Positions 59,699 to 64,000 of a DNA stretch of 64,000 nt are shown here, one piece after another. Positions within the stretch are counted from its first letter, which is position 1, and every line of letters starts with the position of its first letter. This stretch comes from Clostridia bacterium. GTDB taxonomy: Bacteria > Bacillota > Clostridia > Christensenellales > CAG-917. Under the pieces are notes generated by a model that saw only the letters and a program-made list of their open reading frames with translations, did no database searches and had not been told where the DNA came from. Position numbers and translations under genes: made by a program. The DNA lies in NCBI GenBank assembly GCA_017461985.1, contig JAFTSA010000007.1, forward strand, positions 68,431 through 132,430, in the 5' to 3' direction.

Positions 59699-60706
59699 AT
59701 GCAAAAATTCAAGTTGTATTTGGTGAAAGGTGAGTTTTCAGAGCAAAAAGTCCTAGGAAGACAATCCAAGGACTATCTTTTTCAAGAGTTTGAGGATTAT
59801 GAATACATAATCGTTGATGACTTAAACGAAGTTGACAAGGAGGCTTTCCCTCGTGCGGTCATATCCCTGGATATGCCCCTTGTCAGGGCAAAAGACCTTG
59901 ATAGAACCCTTGTTTCTATGCAAAAATCCGCCGTGTCAAGGGTTGTGTTTGGAGGTGAGGGCAGTCCTTTTGGGGTTTGGCTTGACAAAGGCAAGGACAT
60001 CTATTTCGTCTATGATGACGCCTTTTTGAAACTTGGGGGTGCAAAAAACGATAATATGGTGTATAATACAATGAGAAGGCGGATAATCGACCATCTTTTA
60101 GATGGTGGAGTCCGCATATTTGGTGACGATTTTCACATTGACAGCACTGTCAAAGTTGAAAGGGGAGCAACCCTCAAATCCCCCTTGACTCTTTCAGGTG
60201 ACACCTTTGTTGAAAGGGGTGCTTACATTGAAAACAGCATTGTCACCGACAGCATTGTGTCAAGAGGCGCAACGGTGACCTCATCACATATCACGGCATC
60301 ACAGGTGGGTGAAAACTCGTCGGTGGGCCCTTTTGCACGCCTTCGAGGGGCAAACGTTGGTGCAAATTGTCGCATAGGTGACTTTGTTGAGGTGAAAGGC
60401 TCCACCCTCAGTGACGGAGTCAAGTGCGCTCACCTCTCATACATCGGTGATGCTGACGTCGGAGAAAAGACAAACGTGGGCTGTGGCACTGTGTTTTGCA
60501 ACTATGACGGCAAAAACAAGCACCACACCTCAGTGGGCAAAAAGGTGTTTATCGGGGCAAACGTCAATCTGGTTGCACCCATCACCATAGGTGACAACGC
60601 CTTTCTTGCCGCAGGCACAACCGTGACAAAATCCGTTGAAGACAGTGGGTTTGTTATAGGCAGAGTGCGAGCGGAAAAACTGACGAAAACCAAACAAGAG
60701 GGCTAA
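59699..60706 (+). CDS. GlmU-like protein: intact left-handed beta-helix acetyltransferase domain, shortened and degenerate N-terminal nucleotidyltransferase domain
   Basis: Residues ~120-335 align with the GlmU C-terminal half (AHLSYIGDADVGEKTNVGCGTVFCNYDGKNKHHTSVGKKVFIGANVNLVAPITIGDNAFLAAGTTVTK). Only ~120 aa precede it and there is no LAAGxGTRM loop. The glmU-(prs)-pth-mfd position is conserved. Confidence 0.75.
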   Translation: MQKFKLYLVKGEFSEQKVLGRQSKDYLFQEFEDYEYIIVDDLNEVDKEAFPRAVISLDMPLVRAKDLDRTLVSMQKSAVSRVVFGGEGSPFGVWLDKGKDIYFVYDDAFLKLGGAKNDNMVYNTMRRRIIDHLLDGGVRIFGDDFHIDSTVKVERGATLKSPLTLSGDTFVERGAYIENSIVTDSIVSRGATVTSSHITASQVGENSSVGPFARLRGANVGANCRIGDFVEVKGSTLSDGVKCAHLSYIGDADVGEKTNVGCGTVFCNYDGKNKHHTSVGKKVFIGANVNLVAPITIGDNAFLAAGTTVTKSVEDSGFVIGRVRAEKLTKTKQEG

Positions 60707-60761
60707 TCCAACTGAAAAAATAAAAGAAAAGTCCAAAGGACAAACCATAGAGGAAGAAACT

Positions 60762-61346
60762 ATGTATCTCATCGTAGGTCTGGGAAACCCCGGAATCAAG
60801 TACAAAAGCACATATCACAACATCGGCTTTATGACGGTGGACAAGGTGGCAAAGGATTTGCGCCTTAAATTCGTCAAGCAAAAAAACACCGATTCACACG
60901 TGGCGGAAGGGGAATATCAAGGAGTCAAATTTGTCCTTGCCAAGCCCGACACCTTTATGAATTTGTCAGGCAACGCGGTGAAAGCCCTTGTCAAAAAATA
61001 TCGTGTGGACGTCCGTGACGAGTTGGTTGTCATATACGATGACGCCGACCTTCCCCTTGGTAAAACCCGTATGAGAGAGGAAGGCAGTGCTGGCTCTCAC
61101 AACGGAATGCGCAACATTGTGGGCATGCTTGAACGCACTGATTTCAAGCGCATCCGTGTTGGCATCAAAAACACTCAACTTGCAGAAAAAGACGTTAAAC
61201 TCATCGATATGGTGCTTTCAAAGGTGGATTATGACGATAAACCCCTTCTCACAGAAAGTATAAACGCAAGCGCAGAAGCAGTGAAAGACCTGATTGCAGG
61301 CAAAGATATTCAACGCATTGAAGAAGTGCTCAACAGAAGAAAATGA
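60762..61346 (+). CDS. pth: Peptidyl-tRNA hydrolase
   Basis: MYLIVGLGNPGIKYKSTYHNIGF N-terminus; also contains GSHNGMRNI. Confidence 0.93.
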   Translation: MYLIVGLGNPGIKYKSTYHNIGFMTVDKVAKDLRLKFVKQKNTDSHVAEGEYQGVKFVLAKPDTFMNLSGNAVKALVKKYRVDVRDELVVIYDDADLPLGKTRMREEGSAGSHNGMRNIVGMLERTDFKRIRVGIKNTQLAEKDVKLIDMVLSKVDYDDKPLLTESINASAEAVKDLIAGKDIQRIEEVLNRRK

Positions 61347-64000
61347 TCCCTTCCTTTCTTAGACCAATACACCTTGGCGAAAAGTTTGCAAAACTAGACC
61401 GCCTTGGAGACAAGCATCTCGCCGACAGCCGTTTGTCGGCGATTTCCGTATTGCGTTTGAGTGAAGGAGCAAAGGCACACCTTGGCTACACCGTGCCTGC
61501 CCACAAACTGTATATCACCGCAGACCCGTTGCAAGCAAAGTCCGTCACCAAAAAACTCAACTCCTATGAAAAGGGTTGCGCGGTCTATCTCCCTCACAGA
61601 GATGACTCACTTGTATATCGCGGTGGCACGGGCAAGATTGTTGAAAGGCAGCGTCTTTCTGCTCTCACCTCATATCTTAAAGGGGAGCACCAAATTCTGG
61701 TTGTGTCTGCCGATGCGGTGGTTGAAAAATTCTCCCGCCCCGACGTATTTGAAAGTTATGCTTGCTCAATCTACACCGAGCAAATCATAGAGCCTCAAGT
61801 CTTTGCAGACAAGTTGGCAAAGGCAGGGTACACAAGAGTTGACGCCATAAGCGAAATTGGTGATTTTGCCCTTCGTGGTGATGTCCTTGACGTCTATTCC
61901 ACAGACGGAAAGGCCTATCGCATTGACTTTTTTGACGAACTTGTTGAAGAAATCAAGGAAATCAACGTGGAAGAAATGGTGGCAGTCCGCAGACTTAACG
62001 GACTGACAATCCCTCCCAACGGAGAAATCGTCCTAGACAGCGACAGCGCAACACTTTTGAAGGAAAAGTTGACCGCTCTCGGCGAAAAATCAAAGATAAA
62101 TCCTGAAAGAGCGGTTGAAGGTGTCCTTGAAGGGGATATGCTTTGGGCAATTCCTCTCATACCCGACTCCTTTGTGACGGTGTTTGACCTTGTAGACTAC
62201 GTGGCCTCTAAGAGGGGAGAGCAAAGTGTTGTAGTCATAGACGAGCCAAAACCCTGCCACGAAAAGTTGAACATTTTGGGCAAGGAATTCCAAGGCAGAT
62301 TGAAGCACCTCATAGAAGACGGTGCAGTTTTGCCTTTCCACAAAGACGCAGTCATTGACCTCAACGAAGTCAAACGTCAACTGCTTTTAAGACGAAAACT
62401 CAGTTTCACCGCTCTTGCATTATCAAACCCCATGTTTGACCCCAAGACAATAATTGAGCCTAGATGCCGCCCCGTCAGCAAATATTATCTTGATGCCGGA
62501 AGCATATTTAGGGATATGCTGGAGTTTAGGAAATACGGATACAGAGTCCTTCTTGCCTGTGGCAGTGAAGAGAAGGCAAAGTCAGTGACAAGAAGCCTTC
62601 TCGGTGGTGACGTCTATGCCACATACAGCATAACGGGAGAGTCCTCCGGTGAAGACGGTGAAGGTGTCATCGTCACTCCTCTCACCATTGAAAACGGCTT
62701 CTGCTATCCTGACCTCAAAGTCATAGTTGTTGGTGTCAGCGAGTGTGTAGGCAAACAACGCACAGAAACCGCATTTTCACCGAAAACGCAGTTTATCGCA
62801 CCAAAACAAGGGGATTATGTGGTGCATCGTGTCCACGGCGTTGGTGTGTGCCACGGCACGACAATCCTCAAAGTCGGTGAGTTTGAAAAGGAATTCATCG
62901 TCCTGAAATATCGTGACGGAGACACCCTTTACGTTGCCAGTGACCAAACTGACAACCTGCAAAAGTTTGTCGGTCAAGAACACCCGCGCCTTAACAAGCT
63001 GGGTGGAAAAGAGTTTGAAAGAGAAAAGGAAAAAGTCCGCTCATCTGTGAAAAAGTTGGCGGTCAATCTCTTGAAACTCTACGCAAAACGTGAAAAACAA
63101 GAGGGCTTCAAATACGCCGAAGACACCGTATGGCAAAAGGAATTTGAGGACGCCTTCCCCTATGAGGAAACCCCCGACCAACTGAAAGCCATTGACGATA
63201 TCAAAAAGGATATGGAAAGTGGCAGAATTATGGACAGACTTCTTGTTGGTGACGTTGGTTTTGGCAAAACCGAGGTTGCTTTCAGGGCAATGTTCAAGAC
63301 AGTCCTTGACGGAAAACAAGCGGTGCTTCTTGCCCCTACGACAATTCTTGCAAGACAACACTATGAAAACTTGAAGCCTCGTCTTGAAGAGTTTGGCATT
63401 GACCTTGCCCTCATCACAAGACTGCAAACCGGTGCAGAAAACAGCGAATCAATACAGCGCCTTGCAGAGGGCACGTTGCACATGGCGGTTGCCACCCACA
63501 AAATTCTCAGTGACAAAATTCATTTCCACGACCTTGGACTTCTCGTCCTTGACGAGGAGCAACGTTTTGGCGTTGACCACAAGGAAAAACTGAAAGAGAA
63601 GTATCCAAAGATCAACGTGCTGACTCTGTCAGCAACACCCATACCTCGCACCTTGAATATGGCACTTTCTGGCATAAGGGATATATCTATGCTTGAAACC
63701 GCCCCTCAAGGCAGACTACCCGTGCAGACCTACGTCACCGCGTACAGCGATACCCTTGTGAAGGACGCCATCGTGAGAGAGTGCGCAAGAAAAGGACAAA
63801 CCCTAATTTTGCTCAACGACATAGACGGGCTGGACGTGTACGCCAGCAAACTCCGCAGTATGATTGACGGCGTGAGGATTGTGACGGCGCACGGACAAAT
63901 GAATCCCACCGAACTTGAAAAGAGGATGTCCGCCTTTTACGACAAGCAATATGACGTGCTCATTTCAACTACAATAATTGAAAACGGCATAGACTTGCCC
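61343..64000 (+). CDS. mfd: Transcription-repair coupling factor Mfd (3' end outside the window)
   Basis: Open frame from ATG 61343 (ATGA overlap with the pth stop) to the window end, absent from the ORF track because it has no stop. UvrB-homology N-terminus (RIDFFDELVEEI), CarD-like GDYVVHRVHGVG, and helicase motifs GDVGFGKTEVA, DEEQRFG and SATPIPRT. Confidence 0.93.
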   Translation, partial: MIPSFLRPIHLGEKFAKLDRLGDKHLADSRLSAISVLRLSEGAKAHLGYTVPAHKLYITADPLQAKSVTKKLNSYEKGCAVYLPHRDDSLVYRGGTGKIVERQRLSALTSYLKGEHQILVVSADAVVEKFSRPDVFESYACSIYTEQIIEPQVFADKLAKAGYTRVDAISEIGDFALRGDVLDVYSTDGKAYRIDFFDELVEEIKEINVEEMVAVRRLNGLTIPPNGEIVLDSDSATLLKEKLTALGEKSKINPERAVEGVLEGDMLWAIPLIPDSFVTVFDLVDYVASKRGEQSVVVIDEPKPCHEKLNILGKEFQGRLKHLIEDGAVLPFHKDAVIDLNEVKRQLLLRRKLSFTALALSNPMFDPKTIIEPRCRPVSKYYLDAGSIFRDMLEFRKYGYRVLLACGSEEKAKSVTRSLLGGDVYATYSITGESSGEDGEGVIVTPLTIENGFCYPDLKVIVVGVSECVGKQRTETAFSPKTQFIAPKQGDYVVHRVHGVGVCHGTTILKVGEFEKEFIVLKYRDGDTLYVASDQTDNLQKFVGQEHPRLNKLGGKEFEREKEKVRSSVKKLAVNLLKLYAKREKQEGFKYAEDTVWQKEFEDAFPYEETPDQLKAIDDIKKDMESGRIMDRLLVGDVGFGKTEVAFRAMFKTVLDGKQAVLLAPTTILARQHYENLKPRLEEFGIDLALITRLQTGAENSESIQRLAEGTLHMAVATHKILSDKIHFHDLGLLVLDEEQRFGVDHKEKLKEKYPKINVLTLSATPIPRTLNMALSGIRDISMLETAPQGRLPVQTYVTAYSDTLVKDAIVRECARKGQTLILLNDIDGLDVYASKLRSMIDGVRIVTAHGQMNPTELEKRMSAFYDKQYDVLISTTIIENGIDLP

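Overview
This window looks like chromosomal core from a low-GC Gram-positive, anaerobic, endospore-forming bacterium (Clostridia-like). The basis is Spo0A, a SipL-like LysM protein, YyaC, Veg, PFOR and an FprA/rubredoxin pair. I call 54 protein-coding genes (mfd runs off the 3' end) and one tRNA-Asn. I see no rRNA, CRISPR array, transposase, integrase or phage genes. Main blocks, in order: Ca2+ P-type ATPase; SipL-like gene and ispE; glycogen operon glgB-C-D-A-P plus a GH13 enzyme; small ORF-radC-gltX; S8 protease; veg; mnmM-like methyltransferase; tRNA-Asn; GNAT; cvpA plus a 1525-aa repeat protein; yyaC; ftsH-cysE-cysS; ABC exporter; fprA plus flavin-reductase/rubredoxin; spo0A; a COG2984-type ABC importer; PFOR; ecfA1-ecfA2-ecfT-truA; glnS; a zinc-ribbon/membrane-protein trio; walJ-like MBL, two CPBP proteases, rlmH; tadA; glmU-like-pth-mfd. 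Most of it is ordinary housekeeping with Bacillus-like local synteny. The items most worth a second look:
- A Tyr-codon-rich leader peptide with terminator/antiterminator elements upstream of the ABC importer, a candidate ribosome-mediated attenuator.
- The cvpA plus giant acidic repeat protein locus.
- An uncharacterised three-gene cluster: a multi-zinc-ribbon, Pro/Tyr-rich protein and two paralogous membrane proteins that share a short VPY motif.
- A tiny Asn/Lys/Thr-rich, Cys-tailed protein behind a forespore-type promoter.
- A hyper-acidic zinc-ribbon protein divergent from spo0A.
- A GlmU homologue whose uridyltransferase domain looks degenerate.
- A 69-nt intergenic repeat present twice.
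Everything here comes from reading the sequence and ORF translations by eye. No database search or folding program was run.
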